A stretch of DNA of 64,000 nt, from positions 28,346 through 92,345 of the forward strand of contig CAZVWU010000001.1 of assembly GCA_964631205.1 (NCBI GenBank). The letters run 5' to 3'. The position numbers were made by a program, and so were the translations under genes. Origin of the DNA: an uncultured archaeon (lineage in GTDB: Archaea; Aenigmatarchaeota; Aenigmatarchaeia; QMZP01; JACQNV01). The notes under the pieces are model-generated. The model was not told the DNA's origin. It did no database searches and saw only the letters and a program-made list of their open reading frames with translations. The number at the start of each line of letters is the position of its first letter. The first letter of the stretch is position 1. Below are positions 47,314 to 56,489 of this stretch, piece after piece.

Positions 47314-49182
47314 TTAAGATTCTTCTTCCCTATCCCCGTCTTCTTCCCCTAAATCCTCCTCTTCAAATTCTTCATTCCCAAATATGTCCTCCTCCTTTTC
47401 CGGCTCTTTTTTCTTTTTAATTTTGAGGAAATAGAATGCAGCCCCGCCTGCAATAACGAGAATAATTAAAAATATTGTCAGGATGCCAGGCCCGCCGCCT
47501 TCATCAGTTTTGGATTTTTCCGAGGTTGTTTCTTGATCATCAATTAACGTCACTCCATTCCCCGACTCTGGGCTTGTTTCAACAACTTGCGCACATCCCC
47601 TGCCCTCCTTATACTTGCAGCGAGCAGTATTGTTGCATGCCCTTGTCTGGAACTCATCGGAAGCGCAGTTTTCAGGCCTCCATTGACCGCAGTCAGCAGA
47701 CTCATCACATGTGATAGCGGAGGAGCTGACCCTGAATGACTGGTTCTTGGACGCAAATGCTGTTATCCCATTATATTGGGCCTCGCAATTCCATTTGTAA
47801 TCTCCGTCAGCAACATACTCTTCCTTAAAATTCACCCTATAAGGAGATTTGGAGCCTTTCACAGAAATAGAGGCCGTGGGCTTCCATTCGCCTGATGTAT
47901 CAGTATAAAGGCTTAGGATACCAGGTTTTTTGCCTGCTGCTTCGCAGACGAAATTCACGTATTTCGTTTTAACAGTTGCAGCAGGCTCCAATAAAACAAC
48001 GTTAAAAAATTCAAAGATTATTTCAGCTTCCCTTGTCTGCTGCTGTTGCGGGTATTGCACATGGCTGCAGGAAACAGTGTATGAAACTTTTGCCGGTTCT
48101 TCGAATTTTCTTGAATATTCATATCCAATATCCTGCACAAATGCCATAGGGTGGAAAGACTGGCTGTCGCTGAAGGAAATTTTGCATGTCCCATCGTTAA
48201 TAAGCTTTAAAAGGCCTGTAGAATTCTGGGAATATGCAGCAAAAAATTTGACAGTCTTGTTGTCAGCAGTTTCAGGCGCATGCCAAATCTCTATGAAATT
48301 AGAGGTTTGGGATTGCTGGGTTGGGGTAGGAGTTGGTGAAGCTGATGTTGTGGGTGATGGGGATCCAGAAGCTGAAGGGCTGGGTGTAGCAGTCTGGGTT
48401 GGTGTAGGAGTTGTTGGTGGAGCAGTAGGTATCAATGAATTTATATCAGCAGCAGAAAGCGCAGTATTGTAAAACCTTACATCATCTATTATTCCCCTAA
48501 ATGCAGTTGATGATGGGTTTTCAGCGCCTATATAGAGATCCCCTGTGTTTGTAGTGGTTGTCCCAGGAGGGTAACATGTATTTTTCAATTGGCCATTAAC
48601 ATAAATTTGAACTGTTGGACCATCATAGGTTACTGCTGCATGGTACCATGTATTTGGAGAAATTGTAACCCCAGAATCACAAGTGACTCCATTAGCCGTG
48701 CTTATGCTATACTTTAAAGTGCTTTGGACATACAGAGATAATTGCACAGGATTTCCTTGCGCATCTAACACATTGTCTCTTTTACTCATTAATGTTTGCG
48801 ATCCAGTAGAAGTCTGTTTAAACCATATACCCATTGTGAAGCTGTTGAGGTTGTTTATCCTTGCTGAATTTTGGACTTTTATATGATAGAATTTAGTTGA
48901 AAGATCCAACCCGCCCCGAATCCTTCCATTGGCAGTCCATGGGGCATCTGTCACTGGATTTCCGGCATCATTGTTCACTTTGCCTATATCATCACCGCCT
49001 GCTGAATCAGATGCTGTTGGCAAGGTTGTTTCATCAAGGGTCCAGTGGGCTACAAGGGATTGTGCGACCTGGTTGCCAGACAATTGCAAATTCGCAAAAT
49101 TAGCCACTGCAACAACAGCGACAACCACTGCGAGAATCCCTGCAGCTACACCTGCCTGACCTTTCAGCCCTTTTTTAAGCAT
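47314..49182 (-). CDS. Cell-surface protein with a pilin-like class III signal peptide, LamG/ConA-like domain, Pro/Thr-rich linker, Cys-rich domains, C-terminal TM and an acidic tail
   Basis: N-terminus MLKKGLKG-QAGVAAGILAVVVAVVAV. LamG motifs (GIWFKQ..., GIIDDVRFYNTALSAADINSL). PT-rich linker. C-terminal TM ILTIFLIILVIAGGAAFYFL followed by an E/D tail. Confidence 0.55.
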   Translation of the reverse strand: MLKKGLKGQAGVAAGILAVVVAVVAVANFANLQLSGNQVAQSLVAHWTLDETTLPTASDSAGGDDIGKVNNDAGNPVTDAPWTANGRIRGGLDLSTKFYHIKVQNSARINNLNSFTMGIWFKQTSTGSQTLMSKRDNVLDAQGNPVQLSLYVQSTLKYSISTANGVTCDSGVTISPNTWYHAAVTYDGPTVQIYVNGQLKNTCYPPGTTTTNTGDLYIGAENPSSTAFRGIIDDVRFYNTALSAADINSLIPTAPPTTPTPTQTATPSPSASGSPSPTTSASPTPTPTQQSQTSNFIEIWHAPETADNKTVKFFAAYSQNSTGLLKLINDGTCKISFSDSQSFHPMAFVQDIGYEYSRKFEEPAKVSYTVSCSHVQYPQQQQTREAEIIFEFFNVVLLEPAATVKTKYVNFVCEAAGKKPGILSLYTDTSGEWKPTASISVKGSKSPYRVNFKEEYVADGDYKWNCEAQYNGITAFASKNQSFRVSSSAITCDESADCGQWRPENCASDEFQTRACNNTARCKYKEGRGCAQVVETSPESGNGVTLIDDQETTSEKSKTDEGGGPGILTIFLIILVIAGGAAFYFLKIKKKKEPEKEEDIFGNEEFEEEDLGEEDGDREEES

Positions 49183-49200
49183 TAATAGTATTAGATTGAC

Positions 49201-49232
49201 TTCAATAAAAAACAAAAAGGGGGTTTATCCCC
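49201..49232 (-). terminator. GC hairpin plus T-tract downstream of ftsZ
   Basis: The minus strand reads GGGGGATAAACCCCC followed by TTTTTGTTTTTTATT. Confidence 0.45.
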
Positions 49233-49236
49233 CGGA

Positions 49237-49283
49237 AAAGGGATGACATAGGTCTTCTTCAATTGGTCAAGACCTATGTCCGC
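49237..49283. repeat. Palindromic element family P
   Basis: AAGGGATGACATAGGTCTT-CTTCAATTGGTC-AAGACCTATGTCCGCC. It lies between the ftsZ stop and the terminator hairpin. Confidence 0.6.
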
Positions 49284-49292
49284 CTGAATCGG

Positions 49293-50420
49293 CTACCCCT
49301 CAACAAAAACTTTTATTCCAAATTCCTCAGACAGGTTATGGGTCGTGGCCTCGGTTTTGATCTTTGCCTGCTTTTGGCCAAATGGGCCGATTATGTAAGG
49401 CGAGTTCACACCTGTTATTATTGTTATAACCCTTACTTTGCCGCCAAAATTCGGGTCTATTCTTGATCCCCAGATAACCTGCGCATCTGGGTCAAGCTGC
49501 TTTGAGACGTATTCGCCGATCAGGTTAACTTCCTCAAGTTTTAGGTCTGGCCCACCTGTTATGTGAAGTAAAGCTCCTGACCCTCCTGTATAGTCAACAT
49601 CAAGCAACGGATTTGTTAAAGCCTTAACAACAGCATCCTCTGCCCGGTTGTCTGTATCAGATTCCCCAAATCCAACTGTGGCAACCCCTCCTGAATGCAT
49701 GATTGTTTTCACATCTGCATAATCCAGGTTTACAAGAGACGGCATTGAAATCGTTTCTGTGACCCCCTTTATCATCGTGGCGATAATATTGTCAGAAACT
49801 GCAAAAGCCTGTTCAATCGGCAGGTCTCCTGCAACTCTTAGCAGCCTGTCGTTTTCGATCACAATTGCAGTGTCACAGTATTGCCTTAATTGGAACAACC
49901 CATCTTCTGCCTTTGCCATCCTTGCGCCTTCTATTTTGAAGGGCATTGTCACAGCTCCGATAACTATAGAGCCGAGCTCCTTTGCAATCCTTGCAACTTC
50001 AGGAGCTGAACCTGTTCCTGTACCGCCGCCCAAGCCTGCAACAACATAAACCATGTCGGCATCTGCTAAAACTTTTTTTATGTCCTTTTCATTTTCAAGC
50101 GCAGCCTTTTTGCCAACTTCCGGATACCCTCCTGCGCCAAGCCCCCTTGTAAGCTCTTTTCCGATCAAAATTTTATTGTGCGCGTTTGTCCTTGTCAGGT
50201 GCTTGACATCTGTGTTTAAGGCAAGCGTCTTTGCGCCTTCGACACCCATTGTTGTCAGCCTGTTTATTGTATTTGAGCCGCCGCCTCCGCAGCCGGCAAC
50301 AACTATCCTTGCATCCTTCAAATCTATCCCAAACTGCTCCTGGATGGATTTCCTCTGCAGTTCACGGTCCATAGGCTCCTTGAATGTATTGTCAAAGACC
50401 TTTTCGACTATTGAATTCAT
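49293..50420 (-). CDS. ftsZ: Cell division GTPase FtsZ
   Basis: GGGTGTG-type motifs ([14 protein letters not shown]). The start is the internal Met MNSIVEK. Confidence 0.9.
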   Translation of the reverse strand: MNSIVEKVFDNTFKEPMDRELQRKSIQEQFGIDLKDARIVVAGCGGGGSNTINRLTTMGVEGAKTLALNTDVKHLTRTNAHNKILIGKELTRGLGAGGYPEVGKKAALENEKDIKKVLADADMVYVVAGLGGGTGTGSAPEVARIAKELGSIVIGAVTMPFKIEGARMAKAEDGLFQLRQYCDTAIVIENDRLLRVAGDLPIEQAFAVSDNIIATMIKGVTETISMPSLVNLDYADVKTIMHSGGVATVGFGESDTDNRAEDAVVKALTNPLLDVDYTGGSGALLHITGGPDLKLEEVNLIGEYVSKQLDPDAQVIWGSRIDPNFGGKVRVITIITGVNSPYIIGPFGQKQAKIKTEATTHNLSEEFGIKVFVEG

Positions 50421-50440
50421 ATTACCTCCCTTACTAGGAT

Positions 50441-50520
50441 GGAAACTGATCAACAAATGGTTGACATCGATCTTATCCAATTGTTTAGGATCGCGTCTCG
50501 CAGAGTATATGATCAGTTTC
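50441..50520 (+). repeat. Palindromic element family H, long-loop copy upstream of ftsZ
   Basis: GGAAACTGATC-[59 nt]-GATCAGTTTC-GGCTCC. Its loop shares ATCCAATTG with the copy at 3501..3549. Confidence 0.5.
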
Positions 50521-50851
50521 GGCTCCCTATTTTATTAGCATCAATACACGCGAACATGTATGTCCGAGTATACAAACACTTTTTAAACCTACATCTAATC
50601 TTTATACATTAGAGTAAGTAGACCAGACAATCCCCAATTGTCTGCTTCAATTTTCCAAACTGGATTACCAATCGAAAACAACTTTCCCCAAAGTTGTTCA
50701 AACTCGATTAAACTTAAATCGTTCCCAAAACGATTTCTGGCTTCTTATTTTGTTATACGTGAGTTCAAACCAAAAAAATCACTAGTGTATATTTCGATCC
50801 AGGATTTATAAAGATTACAGTGTTATATTTGTAAGATGCCATATTATACCT

Positions 50852-51550
50852 ATGTTACTTGAAAGAGAGATTATCCTCGGCTCTAAAGAGAATCCCCTGA
50901 TGGTTTTGGAAAAGCATAAAATAAAACCCAATTCTTTCAAGTTTGAAAAAGCCTATAAGGAGCTTCTCCAGCACGAGCAGAAAAGGTCTGAGACAAAATC
51001 CCAGTGGGGCTATTTCCCTGGTTTTGAAAAGGAAGAGGAAAAGTTGTACCCTAATTGTATACAACTGTCCAAGCACCTACAGAAAAAAATTATTTCAAAG
51101 TTGCAGCATCATGTAGATAGAAAGTTAAAACTGGCTTTTATCAAGATGTCCAGCAAAGAAATTTCAGATGCCTTCGGTGGCCTGCACATCGATGTTGATT
51201 CAGGAATAAAAATAGTAAAAGATGCGCCCGATACCCATGGGATAGAAATTCTCAGGCTCCTGCTGAATCCACACAAAAATCCCAGAAAAATAAAATACTC
51301 GCTTCTAGACAGGCACAGGCTAAGGGAATTGGGCATTGAAATTTCAGAGGAGCAGTACAAGCCGATAAATTTGCCAGAGACTATTCCGACAGAGACAGTT
51401 GACATCCCTTCAATAGAAAAGGATGCAATCTATGGATTGAAGTTCTGGTCCAGCCTTATTCCACATGTCGGGGTCACAGACAGCAAAGGCCACTTCCTGA
51501 TTTCTTACGGGGCTTATGTTAACAGGAAGGATGTGAATTACAAGCTTTAA
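50852..51550 (+). CDS. Hypothetical protein
   Basis: 232 aa with no recognised motif. Confidence 0.3.
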   Translation: MLLEREIILGSKENPLMVLEKHKIKPNSFKFEKAYKELLQHEQKRSETKSQWGYFPGFEKEEEKLYPNCIQLSKHLQKKIISKLQHHVDRKLKLAFIKMSSKEISDAFGGLHIDVDSGIKIVKDAPDTHGIEILRLLLNPHKNPRKIKYSLLDRHRLRELGIEISEEQYKPINLPETIPTETVDIPSIEKDAIYGLKFWSSLIPHVGVTDSKGHFLISYGAYVNRKDVNYKL

Positions 51551-51573
51551 AACCATCCTGACAATATAGGAAT

Positions 51574-51990
51574 ATGCAATCCTACGAACAAATGCTGGAT
51601 AATCTGTACGAGAAGGCGCCAAAGAAGACCGACACAGGCGAGAGGTTTGTGATGCCGAAATCGCAGACGCAGCCTGACGGACTGAAAACAATAATTGTAA
51701 ACTTCTCTGAGATGGCTGCGGCTTTGCACAGGCCTGAATCCCATATGCTGAAATTTCTTTTAAAAGAGCTTGCAACTTCAGGCAGGATAAATAACAAGCG
51801 CGCAACAGTCCTTGGGAGGTTCAACAACATAGCAGTGGATAAGAAATTGGAGTTATATGTTGGCCAGTTTGTTATCTGCAAAGAATGCGGCAGGCCTGAC
51901 ACGCAATTTGTGAAAGAAGGTAGGATGAATTTTGTCAAATGCGATGCCTGCGGCGCAAAGTATTTTGTGAAGGCTATACAGGAGAGCTGA
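51574..51990 (+). CDS. eif2b: Translation initiation factor 2 subunit beta (aIF2-beta)
   Basis: C-terminal C2-C2 zinc ribbon CKECG...CDACG, with the preceding conserved core. Confidence 0.85.
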   Translation: MQSYEQMLDNLYEKAPKKTDTGERFVMPKSQTQPDGLKTIIVNFSEMAAALHRPESHMLKFLLKELATSGRINNKRATVLGRFNNIAVDKKLELYVGQFVICKECGRPDTQFVKEGRMNFVKCDACGAKYFVKAIQES

Positions 51991-52028
51991 TTTCTAGTGC
52001 AGGTCTTTTGCATCGGTAAAAGAAGTGC

Positions 52029-53324
52029 CTATACAGGAGAGCTGAAATTTTTTAAGGTTTTAATTATTTCTTCCAGGCCGCTTACCTTCTCCTCCCCGCA
52101 GACCATATCCCTTAATTTGAATTTTTTATCTTTCAATTCCTTTTCGCCCACAAACAAAACAAAAGGGATCGAGCAGGAGTTTGCATATTTTAATTGGGCT
52201 GACAAATTTTTTCCTGTCAAATCAAAATCTGCGGATATACCTTCGCGCCTGAATCTTTGGCATATTTTCAAAGCGTCTGGCCTGACATTATCGCTAACAG
52301 AAACAACAAAAAGCTTTACAGGGGCCTCCAGTTTAAACATTTTATTGTCTTCCATCGCATCAACTATCCTTTCAAAACCCAATCCTATGCCAACAGCAGG
52401 AATATCTTTTCCGCCAAACTGTTTTATCATATTGTCATATCTGCCACCACCTGCCAGACTTAATTTCCCGCCAACACCGACCTCAAAAACAGCCCCTGTG
52501 TAATATTCCAAACCCCTAACTAAACTGAAATCTATTTTCACACTTTTCTCATAACCAAAAGCTTTCACAAATCCTATTATATCCCTCAATTCTGTTATTG
52601 CATTTTTCCCAAGTTGGTTATCTACTAATTTCCCAGCCTTATCCAAAATCTCCGAGCCACCTTTTATTTTAATAAATTCAAGAATCTTCCCAATCTTCCT
52701 ATCGTCGTTTAATTTTTCCTTGAGTTCTTTTCGTACACCTTCTTCACCTATCTTATCCAATTTATCTATTGATCTGAAAACGCCAACAACATCTTTTATT
52801 CCAACAAAATCAACGAAAGCCTCTATCAGTTTTCTATTGTTCAGCCTTATGATAAAATCCTCAAAGCCAAGGGCATCAAAAATATCGCAAGTTGCTGCAA
52901 CTATCTCAGCGTCTGCTTCTGGCTTGCCTGAACCAAAAATGTCCAGATCAAACTGCTGGAACTCTCTATACCTGCCAGCTTGCGGATTGTCATACCTCCA
53001 AACTTTTCCAGTTGCGTATCTTTTGAAAGGCAAGGGAAGGTCAAGTTTAGAGGCAACAAGCCTTGCAGTAGGGACAGTCAAGTCAAATCTTAACCCAAGT
53101 TCCCTATTTCCCTGATCCTTAAAATAATAAATTTCTTTCTTGATTTCCTCGCCTCCGCCGCCTTTTGCAGCCAGTAACCCAAAGCTTTCCAGAGCAGGCG
53201 TATCTGTAGGCAAGAACCCCCAGCGCTGCGCAACATCAGACATGATCTGCTGGACAAACTGCCTCCTGAGCATTTCAGCTGGCCAAAAGTCGCGCATGCC
53301 TTTGACGACTTGGAATTTGTTCAT
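52029..53324 (-). CDS. hisS: Histidyl-tRNA synthetase
   Basis: Motif 1 region VKGMRDFWP and a class II core. The start is at MNKFQ. Confidence 0.85.
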   Translation of the reverse strand: MNKFQVVKGMRDFWPAEMLRRQFVQQIMSDVAQRWGFLPTDTPALESFGLLAAKGGGGEEIKKEIYYFKDQGNRELGLRFDLTVPTARLVASKLDLPLPFKRYATGKVWRYDNPQAGRYREFQQFDLDIFGSGKPEADAEIVAATCDIFDALGFEDFIIRLNNRKLIEAFVDFVGIKDVVGVFRSIDKLDKIGEEGVRKELKEKLNDDRKIGKILEFIKIKGGSEILDKAGKLVDNQLGKNAITELRDIIGFVKAFGYEKSVKIDFSLVRGLEYYTGAVFEVGVGGKLSLAGGGRYDNMIKQFGGKDIPAVGIGLGFERIVDAMEDNKMFKLEAPVKLFVVSVSDNVRPDALKICQRFRREGISADFDLTGKNLSAQLKYANSCSIPFVLFVGEKELKDKKFKLRDMVCGEEKVSGLEEIIKTLKNFSSPV

Positions 53325-53531
53325 GATCATATATTGGCTACAATCTTCTTTAATAACTGCACAAAATCTTCTGCTACTGTTTCCAGCATCGCTATCTCCC
53401 TGCATATTTCTCTATATCCAAATTTTAGATCCCCATACATTCCCCTCCCCTGATAATAGTCTCCCATGTTTGTTCTATTTCTTTGTCCAACTCATACAGC
53501 CTTCTCTGATAAAAGTCCAGCTTTTCCAAAT

Positions 53532-53735
53532 TCATAAAACCACCTCCGTTTTTGCCCCTATGAGGAGGAAGTTTTTCTTCAGATCAAAAAACAAAGTAAC
53601 AGAATCCCCTTTTTTTAAATCAAAATTCTTCCTCAAGAAAGCTGGTATAGAAATGCGACCTTTACTATCGACTTTTACAAAAACAGACTTTACACTAGGC
53701 TTATCCCTCTCGCTTCCTTGTGTGAAGATACTCAC
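53532..53735 (-). CDS. AbrB/SpoVT-family DNA-binding protein (possibly antitoxin-like)
   Basis: Swapped-hairpin motif VKVDSKGRISIPAFLRKNFDLKKGDSVTL. Confidence 0.5.
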   Translation of the reverse strand: MSIFTQGSERDKPSVKSVFVKVDSKGRISIPAFLRKNFDLKKGDSVTLFFDLKKNFLLIGAKTEVVL

Positions 53736-53819
53736 CTAGTTTTGACATATTAGCACTTTTCACCAATAAGTAGTTAGTTTAACTAATATATAAAGCTTTT
53801 GTGGGACAGCGCGCGCCTT

Positions 53820-54953
53820 TTATTTAGAAGTTTCAAACAATTGCTTATAAACACCATGTCCATATTTGGCAAAATTTTCAAAATATCCAGTATACCATTG
53901 ATTGAGTGAAATCCCTGCTCTTTCTGAATCTTGAATATCGTCCCAAGTTTCAATTCCGCCAGTTCTTTTAACATGAAATTCCTGTTGTGGAGGTCCAGCT
54001 CTTAAATATTCAACTGCACGGCCAGAAAGTTCTAAAGAAGATTCTCTAAGTGGTCCCCCGCTTACACTGCCTCCAAATGTTTGGGTGTAGAAATCAAAAA
54101 GTTTTCTTTCGTTTGGCTCAATTTTCTCTCTTCTTCTATCATAAGCAGTTGAAGTATTACCAAGATTCACACCATCATAGCCTAACTCAAAGAGTATATC
54201 CAAAAGAGCTGACAATTGTTCAGCTTCAGTATCATTAGAGAATTTCACAACAACAGGGAGTCTTCTTGTTCTTTGATCTAAGAAATGCTCTTTCACATAT
54301 TTCAACCTGTTAGCCATATCATCATCTTGCGGTCTACAATGATTTGTATTTGGACAAGATTCATTAATTTCTAAGAAATCAACTCCTGCCTGCTCATATA
54401 ATTTCATTCCCTCAATAAGATATCTTAATTTTTCTTCCCCCTGAAAATCTGGGGATCCCATGATGCTCCAGCCAACAGGAGTATCTGCGATTCTTCCAAG
54501 CTGTTTAGCTCTTTGAGAATTTACTTCGTCGCCGTCGTTTGGCAAACCTAACCAATTGGAAGCTGAGTGTGATTTTGGATAAGGCACAAATGGCAAATAA
54601 ATCCCAGCTTTTTCATTTCCTTTTCTTGGATTCCATGTCCCTGTTCCGCCAAGATAAGCTCCCGTGCCCTGACGTGCAACCATTTCATAACATTCTCCGT
54701 TTTTGAACATCCCAGCAGAATTCATTACTGGGGCGCGGAATCTGATACCCCAAAGTTCTCTTGATAAATCTTCTGGGGGAACATAAGTTTCAGAAGGAAC
54801 TTCTTCTTTTAATTTTGCCAAAAAATCCAATCGTCCAGAAGAATATATTGAAACTACAGTTTGAGGAGGTAATTGTGTTACAAGAGGACGAAGTTTACTT
54901 TCCCAGTTTGCTAAAGTTGTTGCTTTCATACTATCATATAGTATATTCAACAA
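53820..54953 (-). CDS. pyrD: Dihydroorotate dehydrogenase-like flavoprotein (PyrD family, class 2-like)
   Basis: Blocks align to class-2 DHODH: PVMNSAG, LEINESCPNT, GGSVSGGPL, RTGGIETWDD, LNQWYTGYF. Confidence 0.6.
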   Translation of the reverse strand: MLNILYDSMKATTLANWESKLRPLVTQLPPQTVVSIYSSGRLDFLAKLKEEVPSETYVPPEDLSRELWGIRFRAPVMNSAGMFKNGECYEMVARQGTGAYLGGTGTWNPRKGNEKAGIYLPFVPYPKSHSASNWLGLPNDGDEVNSQRAKQLGRIADTPVGWSIMGSPDFQGEEKLRYLIEGMKLYEQAGVDFLEINESCPNTNHCRPQDDDMANRLKYVKEHFLDQRTRRLPVVVKFSNDTEAEQLSALLDILFELGYDGVNLGNTSTAYDRRREKIEPNERKLFDFYTQTFGGSVSGGPLRESSLELSGRAVEYLRAGPPQQEFHVKRTGGIETWDDIQDSERAGISLNQWYTGYFENFAKYGHGVYKQLFETSK

Positions 54954-54985
54954 TCCTTATATATCTCTGAAATACTATTTATCAC

Positions 54986-55291
54986 ATGGCAATTCTTAGA
55001 GCTAAAGAGATCAGGAAAACAGAGGGGCCTGAGCTGGACAAAAGGCTGAATGAACTAAGGCTCGAGCTTGCAAAGGAACGTGGGAACATCCATATAGGCG
55101 GGACAGTTACTTCTCCAGGAAGGATCAGGGAGATCAGGAAGACTATTGCAAGGATCCATACGATTAGAGGCGAAAAAGCTAGGGGGATGAAACAGGCTTT
55201 GCCTGTTTCCGCCAGAAACTCTGCTTTAAATACAACTAAAACAAAAATAAATTATCCAACATCGGCAGAGGAGGAAAAGCTAAAAAAATAA
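54986..55291 (+). CDS. rpl29: Ribosomal protein L29 (uL29) with a C-terminal extension
   Basis: Contains LRAKEIRKTEGPELDKRLNELRLELAKER...IRKTIARI. Confidence 0.6.
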   Translation: MAILRAKEIRKTEGPELDKRLNELRLELAKERGNIHIGGTVTSPGRIREIRKTIARIHTIRGEKARGMKQALPVSARNSALNTTKTKINYPTSAEEEKLKK

Positions 55292-55597
55292 ATGGCAGAA
55301 GTTTGCCCTAATTGCGGTTTGCCAAAAGACATCTGCGTCTGCGAAACAATAGCAATGGAGGAGCAGAAAATAAAAGTTTCGACAGTAGCAAAAAGGTATG
55401 GAAAGTTAGTTACAATAATAAAAGGCCTCAGCAAAGATGTTGATTCTAAAAATATTTTGAAGGAAATGAAAACCCGCCTAGCCTGCGGCGGCACAATCAA
55501 AGACAGTGAGATAGAATTGCAGGGAAACCATAAAGAAAGGGTTTTGCAAATACTTGTGAAACTCGGCTTCAAGAAAGAGCAGATTGAGGTTGGCTAG
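55292..55597 (+). CDS. sui1: Translation factor SUI1 (aIF1)
   Basis: 101 aa, CPNCGLPKDICVC...GKLVTIIKG...CGGT. Confidence 0.8.
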   Translation: MAEVCPNCGLPKDICVCETIAMEEQKIKVSTVAKRYGKLVTIIKGLSKDVDSKNILKEMKTRLACGGTIKDSEIELQGNHKERVLQILVKLGFKKEQIEVG

Positions 55598-55619
55598 TCT
55601 ACCTTTTTGAGAAGTAATT

Positions 55620-56078
55620 TCAAGCCTCAGCTTTTGCCGCAGCTTTTTGCGTGCTCGCAAGAAAAAGCTGCCTCCCAGAAACAACCTGGGAGATTCTGCC
55701 TAAAGTTGTGAATTTGAAATCCAGGTTATTTTCAGCCTCTTTAATTTTTTCGAATTTCTTGCCTTTAAATTCTCCTGGAACAGAGAGAAAGACTTTCAGC
55801 CTTTTCAGGGCTTCCCTTCCCCTTGGATTTTTTGGAAGCATGCCCCTTACAGACCTTTTGAGCACCCTGTCAGGCACATTTGGATAGAAAGGCCCGTTGT
55901 AAGGGTCACCCCTGCTTATCTTCTGCCTAAAGGCTTCGAATATAGCCTGCTGTCTGCCGCTGACAACAGCCTTCTCAGCATTCACTATAAAAACTGTGTC
56001 TCCTTTCAGTAGCCTTTTCGCTATGACTGAACACATCCTTCCTACAATCTGGTCATCTGCATCTAAATAAATTTCCAT
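55620..56078 (-). CDS. rpl13: Ribosomal protein L13 (uL13)
   Basis: Contains GRMCSVIAKRLLKGDTVFIVNAEK. Confidence 0.85.
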   Translation of the reverse strand: MEIYLDADDQIVGRMCSVIAKRLLKGDTVFIVNAEKAVVSGRQQAIFEAFRQKISRGDPYNGPFYPNVPDRVLKRSVRGMLPKNPRGREALKRLKVFLSVPGEFKGKKFEKIKEAENNLDFKFTTLGRISQVVSGRQLFLASTQKAAAKAEA

Positions 56079-56079
56079 A

Positions 56080-56439
56080 TCAGGCCAATATTCTAATTCC
56101 TTTTCCGTCTGGATTTTCTTTTAACAGACGATCAAGTTCCCAGCATTTTCCGCCAGCCTTTTCTATTTTTTGTTTTGCTGATCCTGAAAATTTTAGGGCG
56201 GCAACATTAAGTTTTTTTGTGACTTCTCCAGTCCCCAAAACAATCCCTGGGACAACAACAGTTTCCTTTCCTCCAGCAATTTTATCCAGCCTGTAGAGGT
56301 TTATCTTGTGGCCAACCCTTTTTGGCCTGTTCAAGCCTTTTGCAATTGCCTTCCACACAGGTTTTTCCCTGCTTTCCAGCTCAATTATCAGGTGCTGCAG
56401 TTGCTGGTGCTTGCTCCTAAGTTTTAATGCCATAACCAA
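56080..56439 (-). CDS. rpl18e: Ribosomal protein L18e (eL18)
   Basis: 119 aa. It has the archaeal L18e pattern and the conserved position next to L13. Confidence 0.8.
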   Translation of the reverse strand: MVMALKLRSKHQQLQHLIIELESREKPVWKAIAKGLNRPKRVGHKINLYRLDKIAGGKETVVVPGIVLGTGEVTKKLNVAALKFSGSAKQKIEKAGGKCWELDRLLKENPDGKGIRILA

Positions 56440-56489
56440 ATTCTTATACTAATAAGTACCTTATATTTATAAATAGTCGCAGGAGAGCT

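Noticed and set aside
49263-49466. 67-aa ORF starting inside the P palindromic element
   Set aside because: It overlaps the ftsZ C-terminus on the opposite strand, and its start lies within a hairpin repeat. It is most likely spurious.
20097-50520. Possibility that the H elements (CTGGAAAC...) are origin recognition boxes
   Set aside because: There is only a loose resemblance to the ORB core (CCAGTGGAAAC). The copies are dispersed singly at gene starts rather than clustered around a DUE next to orc1.
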